DNA of 64,000 nucleotides from Escherichia phage AV109, in sequence record OR352939.1; one strand, written 5' to 3'. Below are positions 48,476 to 57,674 of the stretch, piece by piece. A program made the position numbers and the translations under genes. The stretch's first letter is position 1. Each line of letters opens with the position of its first letter. The notes beneath the pieces were generated by a model. That model did no database searches and had not been told where the DNA came from. It saw nothing but the letters and a program-made list of their open reading frames with translations.

Positions 48476-48906
48476 TATTGTTCCTTAAAGCGAGCTTTCA
48501 ACATTTGATACAAAGACCATGCCTGGTCGTTATTTTCGATAGTAATCGTCATCACCGGAAATTCAGACAATTCGTCAAGTTCACCAGAATCTTGCTCTTC
48601 GGACTCTTGATATGGATTTCCAACTTCGTCAAAGAACTCTGCTTCATTCGTGGAGAGCCAGATAAAGTTTTCATCAAGGATATCACCGCCTGTTGCGTAT
48701 CCAACCGTGCCAGTAGATGTCACAATTTTAGTAGGACGACCAAGATGGTCAACATCTAATACTTTAAATGGTTCCATGCCAAGACGTCGTGCATAAATCC
48801 CATTATCAGTGTGGTTTTTAATAAACTCTTCTTGGGCACGTTTATCTTTAAATTGGTACCATGAGTTAACGTGGAATTTATTAGCCATTAGTAAGTTTCC
48901 TTCCAA
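48475..48906 (-). CDS. hypothetical protein (143 aa)
   Basis: ORF. Confidence 0.45.
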   Translation of the reverse strand: MEGNLLMANKFHVNSWYQFKDKRAQEEFIKNHTDNGIYARRLGMEPFKVLDVDHLGRPTKIVTSTGTVGYATGGDILDENFIWLSTNEAEFFDEVGNPYQESEEQDSGELDELSEFPVMTITIENNDQAWSLYQMLKARFKEQ

Positions 48907-49115
48907 TAAGTTGTACCGTTTTCAGTGATTTCACGGAAGATACCATAGATAGGCATTTCATCGCCGAGTTTTTCGTAAACGTAAACCACTTCGGTGTAGC
49001 ATAAAAATTCGGTCCAGTTTTTCTGTACAACAACTAAATCAGGATTAAACAGAACATCTTCAAACTCATCGATGTTTGAATCAGTAGTTACGTTTTTAAT
49101 GATTTGACGTTTCAT
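48888..49115 (-). CDS. hypothetical protein (75 aa from ATG 49115)
   Basis: AGAGGAGAA SD before internal ATG; track start 49160 lies within the promoter. Confidence 0.4.
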   Translation of the reverse strand: MKRQIIKNVTTDSNIDEFEDVLFNPDLVVVQKNWTEFLCYTEVVYVYEKLGDEMPIYGIFREITENGTTYWKETY

Positions 49116-49143
49116 AATATTCTCCTCTTGTTTTGATAGGTCT

Positions 49144-49173
49144 ATAGTATCATAGACCATAGTTGTTGTACAT
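49144..49173 (-). promoter_or_regulatory. early-promoter-like element (ATGTAC / TACTAT)
   Basis: TACTAT + AGACCTATCAAAA leader conserved; -35 is a weak match. Confidence 0.35.
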
Positions 49174-49697
49174 CATTTTAGCAAAATAAAATCAACTTGT
49201 TCTGCCAATGAACGTCTAAACATTAATTGACAACTTCCGAGGATGAAATCAGGTGCTTCATAGACCGCGATGTAGTATCCTTTAGCTTTCAAGAGTTCAA
49301 CATCCACCTGGTCATCAAACCATGCATAAACCGCATCAACACTTTCAAATCCAAAATAGAACCCTTGAGCCCAATCTTCGTTCAATTCAAATGTGTGCTC
49401 AATTCTATAGTATCTTAAGATATTTTGTTCAAGGAGTTTGTCTTCATTTACTGTAGGACGATTAGGGACATTATAGTTGTCGCCGTGATGGTAGAAGTTA
49501 CCTGAGAGTATTCCATGCTTATCAAGGAACTCCCATGTTTCTTCAGAGTTGTCGGTGCCCGACCAACCGTATGGCGAGCGAGGTTCTTTATTCCAAGAGG
49601 TTTCCCAAATTCTGACGGCTTTACCATCTTCGATAGCAATTCCTGGTAATGATTCACGTTGAGTACAAAAACTACGTTCTACGCGATAAACTAACAT
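49173..49697 (-). CDS. hypothetical protein (174 aa)
   Basis: ORF with AGAGGAGAA SD and early promoter upstream. Confidence 0.5.
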   Translation of the reverse strand: MLVYRVERSFCTQRESLPGIAIEDGKAVRIWETSWNKEPRSPYGWSGTDNSEETWEFLDKHGILSGNFYHHGDNYNVPNRPTVNEDKLLEQNILRYYRIEHTFELNEDWAQGFYFGFESVDAVYAWFDDQVDVELLKAKGYYIAVYEAPDFILGSCQLMFRRSLAEQVDFILLK

Positions 49698-49723
49698 ATT
49701 ATTCTCCTCTGGTTGATATGGTT

Positions 49724-49752
49724 ATAATATCAAAACCAAAGGAGAAGTAAAC
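49724..49752 (-). promoter_or_regulatory. T4-type early promoter (GTTTAC / TATTAT)
   Basis: minus-strand GTTTAC 49752-49747, TATTAT 49729-49724. Confidence 0.5.
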
Positions 49753-49756
49753 AATT

Positions 49757-50176
49757 TTATGCGAAAGCAGCTGGGCTATATTTTTTAATTTGGAATTCAG
49801 GAACTACCATGAACTGACCAGCGAAAACGATGTTATAAAGCTTAATACCGTCTTCTACCCAACGGTCGCTAATAAATCCGGCGATTTGCTTAGTTTTCCA
49901 CGGTGTTCCATCAGTTGCCGCAGCAATAGTGAATTCATGGTCTTTTTCAACAGAAACTGATCTGCATAGTCCCCATTTGAACGCTTTTTCTTCCGGTTCA
50001 ATGAATTGGCTTTTAACGTAACCAATGTTACCATCGGCGTCACGAACTTTAACTTCGTTACGTCCAAAAACCGGATCACTCACAGAAAGAACTTCAACCA
50101 ACTTCCCGGCAACTTTAGAGCGAGAAGCAACAGATACATATACGTAATCACCTGTAGAGAGATTTACAATATTCAT
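49757..50176 (-). CDS. hypothetical protein (139 aa), paralogue of 50186-50650
   Basis: shares RSK.AGKLVEV and C-terminal GFISD.WVEDG.KLYNIVF.G.F.VV with neighbour. Confidence 0.5.
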   Translation of the reverse strand: MNIVNLSTGDYVYVSVASRSKVAGKLVEVLSVSDPVFGRNEVKVRDADGNIGYVKSQFIEPEEKAFKWGLCRSVSVEKDHEFTIAAATDGTPWKTKQIAGFISDRWVEDGIKLYNIVFAGQFMVVPEFQIKKYSPAAFA

Positions 50177-50185
50177 AATAATTCC

Positions 50186-50650
50186 TTAAGCTTTACGAGG
50201 AGACACATAGCGAGTGATTTCAGATTCTTTAACAACTCGGAAGTCACCTAAGAATACGATATTGTATAACTTTTCACCATCTTCAACCCATTGGTCACTA
50301 ATGAAGCCACACATGGTATCAGTTGTGCTTGGATAACCGTATTCGTCGATGTAATCAAATTCTTTATCGGTTATAAATTCAACGCCTTTGCAAAGGGCCC
50401 ATTTGAACTGTGTAGTAGGCTCAACGATATCGCTTGAAGCAAAGTGGGCACTTACACGAGTTTCCAAGAATTTAGGACTTACATAGGCGAACTGAGTTTC
50501 AGTTTTTCCAGAACTAGGAATGATTCGAACTTTAACTTCATTAATACGGCCCATGCCATTAGTACGAAGTCCTACTACTTCAACCAGCTTTCCTGCAGCT
50601 TTAGAACGAGACGCTGTCGATACACGTTTAATTTCACCAATATTAATCAT
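50186..50650 (-). CDS. hypothetical protein (154 aa from ATG 50650), paralogue of 49757-50176
   Basis: internal ATG downstream of promoter; track start 50719 lies within the promoter. Confidence 0.5.
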   Translation of the reverse strand: MINIGEIKRVSTASRSKAAGKLVEVVGLRTNGMGRINEVKVRIIPSSGKTETQFAYVSPKFLETRVSAHFASSDIVEPTTQFKWALCKGVEFITDKEFDYIDEYGYPSTTDTMCGFISDQWVEDGEKLYNIVFLGDFRVVKESEITRYVSPRKA

Positions 50651-50680
50651 ATTTTTTCTCTCTTTGTTTAAATTGAATTC

Positions 50681-50710
50681 ATTATACTCCATCCATCCTT
50701 GGATGTACAA
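50681..50710 (-). promoter_or_regulatory. T4-type early promoter (TTGTAC / TATAAT) with duplicated CCAAGGATGG spacer motif
   Basis: minus-strand TTTACAACCAAGGATGG..TGTACATCCAAGGATGGAGTATAAT. Confidence 0.45.
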
Positions 50711-50742
50711 CATCTCCAACCATCCTTGGTTGTAAACTGGTT

Positions 50743-51420
50743 TTATCGCTGTTTTACACTTAACGGGTCAGGATTCTCAGGTACATCTTCAAGGCCAAGC
50801 GCATAACGCTGAGCATATTTTAACATCAAAATATCTTTAGCACAATCATGAATACTATCATGGGTAACGAATCCTTTTAGCGTACCCATCGGTAATGGAC
50901 ACATACTTAATCCTCGTGTCAACGAGTAAGCTTCGATTGCTGTACGAATATCGCGTTGTGCCCAGAATTTAACCGGTTCTAATTTATCGGTATCAATCTC
51001 TGGTTCAAGAACACCTTCATCACGATAGAGGTCACGAATCAAATCGACCAATATCGGGAAGTCAAAGCTCATACCACGGCACCACATCTGTGATTTCCAT
51101 TGGTCAACTTTATTAGCTCGGCAATAGTCTAAAAAGATTTTAATGCCTTCAAGCGTAGTGACATCGTCTTCAGACGGAGCCAAGTTTTTACGCGCTTCAG
51201 CCGATTGTTCTTTCCACCATTTCATAGTTGATTTAGCGAAAACTCGCTTCCCTTTCTGAGAAGCTAAATTAAATTTAATTCGCTTACCTCGTTGAACAAG
51301 TTCTTCAAATGATTCAACAACTTCAGGGTCGGAATTATATGCAATAACCGCAAGGTCAATAACAGCCGCTTTTGATGTATTGCCGAATGTTTCAAAATCT
51401 ATAATAACATCAGTGCTCAT
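50743..51420 (-). CDS. dexA: exonuclease A (DnaQ-like 3'-5' exonuclease)
   Basis: 225 aa; N-terminal IIDFETFG exonuclease motif; position downstream of dda as in T4. Confidence 0.85.
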   Translation of the reverse strand: MSTDVIIDFETFGNTSKAAVIDLAVIAYNSDPEVVESFEELVQRGKRIKFNLASQKGKRVFAKSTMKWWKEQSAEARKNLAPSEDDVTTLEGIKIFLDYCRANKVDQWKSQMWCRGMSFDFPILVDLIRDLYRDEGVLEPEIDTDKLEPVKFWAQRDIRTAIEAYSLTRGLSMCPLPMGTLKGFVTHDSIHDCAKDILMLKYAQRYALGLEDVPENPDPLSVKQR

Positions 51421-51429
51421 AATTTTCTC

Positions 51430-52743
51430 TCAAATAAAATGGACGTCAAAACGACCACGAGTTGTGCCGACATACAATAACTGTTTAGCTAGTTCTGAAT
51501 CGGCATAATGGATACACGGTGTATAAACAAAGGCAGTGTCAACAGACATACCCTGGGCCTTATGGAAGGTTGATACTGGTAGTGCCTTCACCTTAGTGAA
51601 CATACGTTTAGCATCCCAGAATTCGCTCCATGGAGCTTTACCACCTTTATTCCAGAATTTGTATGTTTCTGCGGTCTTAGCCAAAAACAAATTGAATTTA
51701 TAAAGCTCTTCTTCAGAAGAAATAACCTTTATATCTTCGCGGATGTATTCTTCATCATCCCCATATGTTTCTACTGTAAGATTCCAGTATCGTATCATAT
51801 ATTCGCCTGAAACACCACGTGCTTTAACGAATGTAGACGTTTCTACAGCATCTCGAATACGAACGAATTGCCCATTATTGAAAAGCATTTCGGTCATATT
51901 TTTACCATCTAGCTTATATGTCTTAGTAAACGGCTCTTGTAGAACAATGACTTCGTCTTTAATAAATGGTTTTTCTGTTTCAAGAAGTTTTCGGCGAATA
52001 ATTGAATTTAACTTGTCCACCGACTTATTTGTGAATGCCATCATTCGATTTTCAAAAAGGTCTTCAGGAGTTTTAACGACATTAAAATAGTTCGTCATAT
52101 ACGATTTAAGGTCTGTATATCCATGAACACCATGTCCGTCAACTACTTTATCGTAAATCCATTTGCCATTACGAATATCAGTTGCAACATCAATAATTGG
52201 TGCATTGCTACGTTTAACTTCTGTAAGGTTGCATTGCACAAAGTCTTTGTGAGTGAAGAAAGGACTTAGATACGCGGTTGATTCGCCTAGGTCTACCGGA
52301 CGAATCTGGCATCGGTCGCCGATTCCAATTACTGTGCACCATTTAGGGATACTAGCTAACATTATTTTAAACAGAGAACGGTCGCACATTGACGCTTCAT
52401 CAAATAACAGTACACGACACAAGGCTAAGTCGGGAACCTTTTTCTGTTCAAACAATACGTTTTCTTCGTATGTAGTTGGGTTGATTTTAAGAATGCTATG
52501 AATAGTCGATGCTTCTTGACCGGCAAGTTTGCTTAGAACCTTTTTAGCGGCATGTGTTGGTGCTGCTAAAATAATACCTGATTCTCCAGAAGAAATAAGA
52601 GCTTCAACGATAAATCTAGTAAGGGTTGTTTTACCTGTACCGGCAGGCCCATTAATAGTTACGTGATGTTTCTTTTCTTTAATAGCTTTCATAACAACGT
52701 TGAAGGCGTTTTTCTGGCCTTCAGTCAAATCATCAAATGTCAT
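51430..52743 (-). CDS. dda: Dda DNA helicase (SF1B)
   Basis: 437 aa; Walker A GPAGTGKTT; matches remembered T4 Dda. Confidence 0.92.
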   Translation of the reverse strand: MTFDDLTEGQKNAFNVVMKAIKEKKHHVTINGPAGTGKTTLTRFIVEALISSGESGIILAAPTHAAKKVLSKLAGQEASTIHSILKINPTTYEENVLFEQKKVPDLALCRVLLFDEASMCDRSLFKIMLASIPKWCTVIGIGDRCQIRPVDLGESTAYLSPFFTHKDFVQCNLTEVKRSNAPIIDVATDIRNGKWIYDKVVDGHGVHGYTDLKSYMTNYFNVVKTPEDLFENRMMAFTNKSVDKLNSIIRRKLLETEKPFIKDEVIVLQEPFTKTYKLDGKNMTEMLFNNGQFVRIRDAVETSTFVKARGVSGEYMIRYWNLTVETYGDDEEYIREDIKVISSEEELYKFNLFLAKTAETYKFWNKGGKAPWSEFWDAKRMFTKVKALPVSTFHKAQGMSVDTAFVYTPCIHYADSELAKQLLYVGTTRGRFDVHFI

Positions 52744-53051
52744 CGTAAAGTCCCTGCAATTGGAATACTAACAATACGGCCTGTGTCCAGGATTCGTTGA
52801 TACAATCTTTGTGTCTCCGCATCTAGTTTAACGTGTTTCATTTCAAGCTTATTAAACCAGAACTTACGCGGAGTTTCGACCATTCTTAGAACTCCCATTT
52901 TTAAATCTGTTTTATACTGTGTTTTCAAAGTATCGAAAACTTTATCTGCAATATCCTTTCTAAAAAATACTGCAGGACGATGCTCATCAAGTGGAACCGG
53001 GACAGTAAATCCTTCCATATCTCGATAAACTATTGCATATACATAAACCAT
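52740..53051 (-). CDS. hypothetical protein (103 aa), dda.1-like position
   Basis: ORF overlapping dda start. Confidence 0.45.
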   Translation of the reverse strand: MVYVYAIVYRDMEGFTVPVPLDEHRPAVFFRKDIADKVFDTLKTQYKTDLKMGVLRMVETPRKFWFNKLEMKHVKLDAETQRLYQRILDTGRIVSIPIAGTLR

Positions 53052-53053
53052 AA

Positions 53054-53800
53054 TTAACCTTTAATCAGTTGGAATAATGATGCGCTAAGTGGTAAGCCAC
53101 GTTTCAATTTTAATTTACCAATGAAACCAATCTTTTCAAAACGTTGCAGACCTTGGATAACTTTATCATATGTATCGAAAAGCGATTCAGCGTCAGTTAA
53201 TTTAGTTTTAGTTTTCCAGTCAGAGCCTTTAAGAAGAACGTTGAGTTTAGTAAGTTCATGGCCTTCTGCTTGATGTGAGCCATTAATGCGTGCTTTCAAA
53301 GCAACAATTCTAAGTTTAGACTCATTAGATAAAGGTTGATTTTTCATCATGTTCGCCATATGCTTAACACGGTTTTCACGTTTTGCTCGGATTTTTAAAA
53401 TAGTACCATAAACCTTTTTAATTTGGGCCCATTTCTTCTCGTCGAGATTAAGTTTCTCTACTTTACGAGCAGAAGGATTAGCGATACGTCTTGCAATAGC
53501 ATCACGTTTCTCAATAAGTTCTTCTAATGTTAAATCAGAACGAGCCGTGTTATATTTTTTCTTAACTGGGATAACATTACCTTTAATGTAGCCTATATCA
53601 TTATTAAAACGTTCTAAGGATAATTTCTCACCTTCAACAGAGTTATTAAAAGATTCACCTGAGTAAGCGCAGACCTTTTGATCAAGAATGTTTTTAAGGT
53701 AATTAAAGTCTAAGTTAAAATCCTTAGAGCGTCTCTTCGCAGAAGCTCTGGTGTGGTCAAGACGACGATTGATTTTGTTAATTTTATTATTTGATAACAT
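53054..53800 (-). CDS. hypothetical protein (248 aa), Srd-like by position
   Basis: basic protein at the T4 srd position between mod genes and dda.1; sequence identity not verified. Confidence 0.35.
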   Translation of the reverse strand: MLSNNKINKINRRLDHTRASAKRRSKDFNLDFNYLKNILDQKVCAYSGESFNNSVEGEKLSLERFNNDIGYIKGNVIPVKKKYNTARSDLTLEELIEKRDAIARRIANPSARKVEKLNLDEKKWAQIKKVYGTILKIRAKRENRVKHMANMMKNQPLSNESKLRIVALKARINGSHQAEGHELTKLNVLLKGSDWKTKTKLTDAESLFDTYDKVIQGLQRFEKIGFIGKLKLKRGLPLSASLFQLIKG

Positions 53801-53850
53801 AATATTTTCCTCTGTCTTACGGACGTTAAGGTCATTTAGCTGATAAGCTT

Positions 53851-53880
53851 ATAATATCATGCCCTCAGGTAGTGTACACT
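53851..53880 (-). promoter_or_regulatory. T4-type early promoter (GTGTAC / TATTAT)
   Basis: minus-strand GTGTAC 53880-53875, TATTAT 53856-53851. Confidence 0.45.
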
Positions 53881-53953
53881 CTTTTTTCATAAAATGCTTT
53901 AATTTTTTATGTGTTATAATGGTTCTGAGTTCCATCCGGTTATTCCAATTCAG

Positions 53954-54562
53954 TCAGTAACTGACAATAGACAGATTCCAGATTGTATAACGTCCATCTT
54001 GAATAATAGAATCTACACGCAGTGTAGTCCCTATAGGGAGCATAAATTCACATTCGTCAGATATAAGTCTAGCATTAGACCGTCTTGTCGCTTCAGGGAA
54101 AGCTCCATTGAACTCACAAGATGGCGCAGCCAGAATCATGTTAAGCATATGTTCACGGAAGTTGAAAGCAAATGGTGCATCTTTGATGCAGAACATATTA
54201 AATGTTCCGTAAAAATTATACGAAGCAAAGTTACGTGCTACACCGAACACTGGACTGAAGCTCATTACTCTGTCAAATTTAATAATACTACCAATGCCTT
54301 TATCATCAAGTGTGGCCATAGTTTTCTTAGAGATTCCACGATACATTGTCTCAGGAACAGAAGACGTCCAATTTCTACGAACGATTGAACTTAACTCCTG
54401 TTGAATACAGTCTGGCTTGTTTTCCATACACTGCCAAAGGATGCTTTGTTCATTATCGTTGAATTGACTATCAATTTCGTACTGCAATACATCTTGATAT
54501 TCGGGGTTTTGAGCACGACGAACCATTTCTTCAATTTCACACTCGTTATACGGCATAAACAT
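53954..54562 (-). CDS. Mod-like mono-ADP-ribosyltransferase (R-S-EXE type)
   Basis: 202 aa; YRG arginine, SFS serine block, ECE glutamates; paralogue of adjacent ORF; T4 modA/modB position. Confidence 0.7.
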   Translation of the reverse strand: MFMPYNECEIEEMVRRAQNPEYQDVLQYEIDSQFNDNEQSILWQCMENKPDCIQQELSSIVRRNWTSSVPETMYRGISKKTMATLDDKGIGSIIKFDRVMSFSPVFGVARNFASYNFYGTFNMFCIKDAPFAFNFREHMLNMILAAPSCEFNGAFPEATRRSNARLISDECEFMLPIGTTLRVDSIIQDGRYTIWNLSIVSY

Positions 54563-54590
54563 TTAGGTTTCTCCTGTGGTTGATAAAGGT

Positions 54591-54620
54591 ATAGTATCAT
54601 CATCGGAAGAGTTTGTACAC
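54591..54620 (-). promoter_or_regulatory. T4-type early promoter (GTGTAC / TACTAT)
   Basis: minus-strand GTGTAC 54620-54615, TACTAT 54596-54591. Confidence 0.45.
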
Positions 54621-55201
54621 TAAAAATTCAACATTTTCAAATGAATGATTTTGTATAATCGAGATAAAGGGTCATACTCTAACTCTTCAATTTTCACAAT
54701 CTCAAATCTAGAGATACCTGAAACCATGTACTCTTGTTCAGATTCAATCATATCTAGGACATCAACACGCGTTTCTTCCATAACATGCTTAGGGTTCTTT
54801 CCGGCGAGTACAATGTTAACCATGTTTTGGTAGTAATCAAAAATGAATGGAGCATTCCTGAGACTAAGAATAGTGTACGTCTGATACTCCCAACTCCCAG
54901 AGAATTGACGAGCTGTACTGAAATCAGTTGTGAACGATGTTACTCGTCCAGGAGACCAATGGCATCCAACAGAAAGAAGTGAAAGACGTTCTACTTCTTC
55001 TGGAGTTACACCACGGTAGAGTTCTACCGGTACTGTAGAAGTCATATGCTTACGAACAAGATGGTCTAATTCATAGTGGAAATCCGGGTCTTCCTTAGAA
55101 TCAGTGCAAGCCCAGAGAATGTTTTGTTCTTGGCGGGTGAATTTGCTATCAATCAGATTTGTTAGGTATTCGCGTTCTTGAAGTTCAGATTGACATGTCA
55201 T
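54620..55201 (-). CDS. Mod-like mono-ADP-ribosyltransferase (R-S-EXE type)
   Basis: 193 aa; YRG, TSFT, EQE motifs; paralogue of adjacent ORF. Confidence 0.7.
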   Translation of the reverse strand: MTCQSELQEREYLTNLIDSKFTRQEQNILWACTDSKEDPDFHYELDHLVRKHMTSTVPVELYRGVTPEEVERLSLLSVGCHWSPGRVTSFTTDFSTARQFSGSWEYQTYTILSLRNAPFIFDYYQNMVNIVLAGKNPKHVMEETRVDVLDMIESEQEYMVSGISRFEIVKIEELEYDPLSRLYKIIHLKMLNF

Positions 55202-55228
55202 GATAGACCTCCGTTTAAAGATAAGCCT

Positions 55229-55257
55229 ATCATAACACGAGAGGAGGGAATGTAAAC
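55229..55257 (-). promoter_or_regulatory. T4-type early promoter (GTTTAC / TATGAT)
   Basis: minus-strand GTTTAC 55257-55252, TATGAT 55234-55229. Confidence 0.5.
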
Positions 55258-55417
55258 TACTTTTTAAGCTTTCCTACTAAAGGACCATCAGGACCAGGTT
55301 GTTCTAACATGAATAAGGATGCTTTAAAAAGCAATGTCAACCCTTTCACCATTCGATACCATGTCTCAAAGTCTTTTTCCTTGATTTCTAGTAAGAATTT
55401 CTCTTTCAATTTATCTT

Positions 55418-55606
55418 TCATTTCCAAGGACTCCATGGTGGAGGGTCGTCATAATAAGAGGCAAGGTCTTTCAGGGCTTCAACAGGTAAACTAAAGCCAT
55501 GTCGTTGTATAATACTATCTAGTTCATCAACAAGTTCACTACGATGCACTTTAGGAGCCTCAACTTCAGGCTCGTCAAACATACTCATAAGGTCCATATT
55601 ATTCAC
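55418..55606 (-). CDS. hypothetical acidic protein (62 aa)
   Basis: ORF. Confidence 0.35.
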   Translation of the reverse strand: MNNMDLMSMFDEPEVEAPKVHRSELVDELDSIIQRHGFSLPVEALKDLASYYDDPPPWSPWK

Positions 55607-56063
55607 CTAAATAAAAACTAGGCTGCTCGGAGAATGTTTCTAGCGCTACACCTTTTGTCTTAAAAAATTTCCAAATAGCTCGTTGCAAATGGATTAAATC
55701 TGCTAATGATGTAATAAAGTATTTTTTGGCAAAATACTTATGGTCTCGCTTTTCAAACAAGTCTAAACGCTTTTCAGGATTCACATAAACTGCATTTTCC
55801 GTAGATTCATAACCTAAGTCCTTTATGCCTTCTTCAAGACTAAACGGAGAATTTTTAGAACGAGTAATAGCTCCAACTCGCTCTACACGAATTTTGTAAC
55901 CTTTAGGAATCTGCAATTTGCAGAATTCTTCTACGATATATTGCGGATTATTTAGACTTTTGTTAATGAGAATAGCTATTTCTAGTGGAGTCTTATCTTC
56001 TACTGGTATATGTTTAAACGACTTGGCTTCAAGCAAATACATTTTAAATAACATAGCATCCAT
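55599..56063 (-). CDS. hypothetical protein (154 aa)
   Basis: ORF. Confidence 0.45.
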   Translation of the reverse strand: MDAMLFKMYLLEAKSFKHIPVEDKTPLEIAILINKSLNNPQYIVEEFCKLQIPKGYKIRVERVGAITRSKNSPFSLEEGIKDLGYESTENAVYVNPEKRLDLFEKRDHKYFAKKYFITSLADLIHLQRAIWKFFKTKGVALETFSEQPSFYLGE

Positions 56064-56269
56064 TATAATTTCCTCGGTGGTTCACCCATATAAAGTTTTA
56101 CGATACGTTCGCCTTCATCTTCGACGAGCTTCTCTTCGTGTTTCTGGAATTCTTTAGCCATATTCTCTTCAAGAACATCCAGCCAATCTTCCGGACCGAC
56201 ACCATCGTCCCAGCTTTTAAACCATCTTACCACTCTGTTCATTCGCAGCTCCCTGAGCTTGAACCACAA
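56063..56269 (-). CDS. hypothetical protein (68 aa)
   Basis: ORF. Confidence 0.35.
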   Translation of the reverse strand: MWFKLRELRMNRVVRWFKSWDDGVGPEDWLDVLEENMAKEFQKHEEKLVEDEGERIVKLYMGEPPRKL

Positions 56270-56439
56270 TCAGAATAACTTGACCCAGAATCACCAGACC
56301 AAGACGGTACGTATGAATGATTATAACTTGAAGAGCTTGAAGCATTAACCTGTTTTGTTTTTGGACGAACAACTTCTTCCATCATCCCGTCACAGATATA
56401 TTCCCAACTTTTTTCGTGTGTATCAGGAATAGGCATCAT
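56239..56439 (-). CDS. hypothetical Ser-rich protein (66 aa from ATG 56439)
   Basis: internal ATG after upstream stop; track start overlaps upstream ORF. Confidence 0.35.
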   Translation of the reverse strand: MMPIPDTHEKSWEYICDGMMEEVVRPKTKQVNASSSSSYNHSYVPSWSGDSGSSYSDCGSSSGSCE

Positions 56440-56452
56440 ACCTTCGCCTGGT

Positions 56453-56680
56453 TTAACAGCAAATAACTTCTTCAGCGTCGTAAGCATTAATTGTTCCTCG
56501 AACAAAACGAACACCACCATCGCCCAAACGGATTTCGGCATTAAATTTGACGTCTTCACCATCCATCATGAATGAGTGTACGACTACATCATCGTAATAT
56601 CCAAGACCGTATTTCAACGAAACTTCTTGAGCAATCAAAGCACCTAATGTGTTATTAGGTTTAATCCAACGATTTAACAT
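56453..56680 (-). CDS. hypothetical protein (75 aa from ATG 56680)
   Basis: AGAGGAGAA SD before ATG; track start 56749 lies in promoter. Confidence 0.4.
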   Translation of the reverse strand: MLNRWIKPNNTLGALIAQEVSLKYGLGYYDDVVVHSFMMDGEDVKFNAEIRLGDGGVRFVRGTINAYDAEEVICC

Positions 56681-56708
56681 ATTGTTCTCCTCTTGAGTAA
56701 GTAAGAAT

Positions 56709-56738
56709 ATCTTAACACAGTTTTTAGTGGTTGTAAAC
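56709..56738 (-). promoter_or_regulatory. T4-type early promoter (GTTTAC / TAAGAT)
   Basis: minus-strand GTTTAC 56738-56733; weak -10. Confidence 0.4.
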
Positions 56739-56752
56739 TGTAGAAACAAAAA

Positions 56753-56774
56753 AAGGAATCCCGAAGGATTCCTT
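56753..56774 (-). terminator. intrinsic terminator hairpin AAGGAAUCC-UUCG-GGAUUCCUU + U7 after soc
   Basis: 9-bp stem, UUCG loop, long U-tract immediately downstream of soc stop. Confidence 0.7.
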
Positions 56775-56781
56775 AAATTAT

Positions 56782-57018
56782 TTAACCACTTACTGATGTA
56801 GGGGTAAACATTGCAGCGTTCTTAGTTTTCCAAGTTGCTGCATCAGAAACGACATCAGAATAAGCTGCCTTTTCTGACGGAAAGATTTGGTAATGAGAAT
56901 CTGCAATCCGATGTTCGTTTGAATAAATCTCAAACGGTACAGAAACTTCCATACCTTTGACTTCTTTGCCTTCACCAGCCGGACGTGTAAAGGTTTTGAT
57001 ATTAACGTAACCACCCAT
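56782..57018 (-). CDS. soc: small outer capsid protein Soc
   Basis: 78 aa; GYVNIKTF, HYQ.FPSEKAAYS blocks match remembered T4 Soc; late promoter upstream. Confidence 0.75.
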   Translation of the reverse strand: MGGYVNIKTFTRPAGEGKEVKGMEVSVPFEIYSNEHRIADSHYQIFPSEKAAYSDVVSDAATWKTKNAAMFTPTSVSG

Positions 57019-57049
57019 AATTAACTCCTTTGTTGTTTAATTACAGGTG

Positions 57050-57057
57050 TATTTATA
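57050..57057 (-). promoter_or_regulatory. late promoter TATAAATA for soc
   Basis: exact TATAAATA on minus strand 32 nt upstream of soc ATG. Confidence 0.65.
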
Positions 57058-57063
57058 ACTTAA

Positions 57064-57585
57064 TCAGTAACCATTATCCTGACGTTCAAAGTTGTGTTGG
57101 TTTTTCAAGTAGTAAAGTTTAAAGATTTCTTCAGCGGAAAGACCCAAACCTTGGAACATATTCAGAACAAAGTGGAGAATATCAATCATCTCGAATTTAA
57201 TTTCAAGCTGGTCTTCAGGAGACAGTTCATCGATACGACGATTACGATATTCAGCATGTTGTGCTTTCCATGGCTTCCACACAGAGCTGGCAGCTTTTTC
57301 ACCGTTGGACATACCACCGAGTGAAGTCAGCAGTTCACGGAATTCATCATCAATATAATCTTTCTGATTACGCAGCCAATCAACAACATCACCGGCAGTA
57401 GCCAATTCATCAGGATGTTTGTTATGTTCAGGCTTGTCATTTGCCAGACGAACCTGTAAAGATTTCTGCATATCAAGCATTACCTGCAGTGGGTCTTTAT
57501 CTTCGTGAATCAGAGCATTAAAATAAGCTTCTTCTGCTTTATCAACACCAGAAATAAGTTGTGAACATTCGTTAAAGTGTGCCAT
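57064..57585 (-). CDS. 56: dCTP/dCDP pyrophosphatase gp56 (MazG-like)
   Basis: 173 aa from ATG 57585 (MAHFNEC..), near-identical to remembered T4 gp56; track start 57600 is a TTG upstream. Confidence 0.88.
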   Translation of the reverse strand: MAHFNECSQLISGVDKAEEAYFNALIHEDKDPLQVMLDMQKSLQVRLANDKPEHNKHPDELATAGDVVDWLRNQKDYIDDEFRELLTSLGGMSNGEKAASSVWKPWKAQHAEYRNRRIDELSPEDQLEIKFEMIDILHFVLNMFQGLGLSAEEIFKLYYLKNQHNFERQDNGY

Positions 57586-57644
57586 TATTTTTCCTTTCAA
57601 TTCAGTATAAGAGAGTTAATTCTAACATTAATTTTATAAAGCGT

Positions 57645-57652
57645 AATAAATA
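57645..57652 (+). promoter_or_regulatory. variant late-promoter-like motif (AATAAATA) upstream of plus-strand small ORF
   Basis: 7/8 match to TATAAATA 22 nt upstream of ATG 57675; same variant as upstream of I-TevI. Confidence 0.25.
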
Positions 57653-57674
57653 ATAAGGTAACTAAGGAGATATT

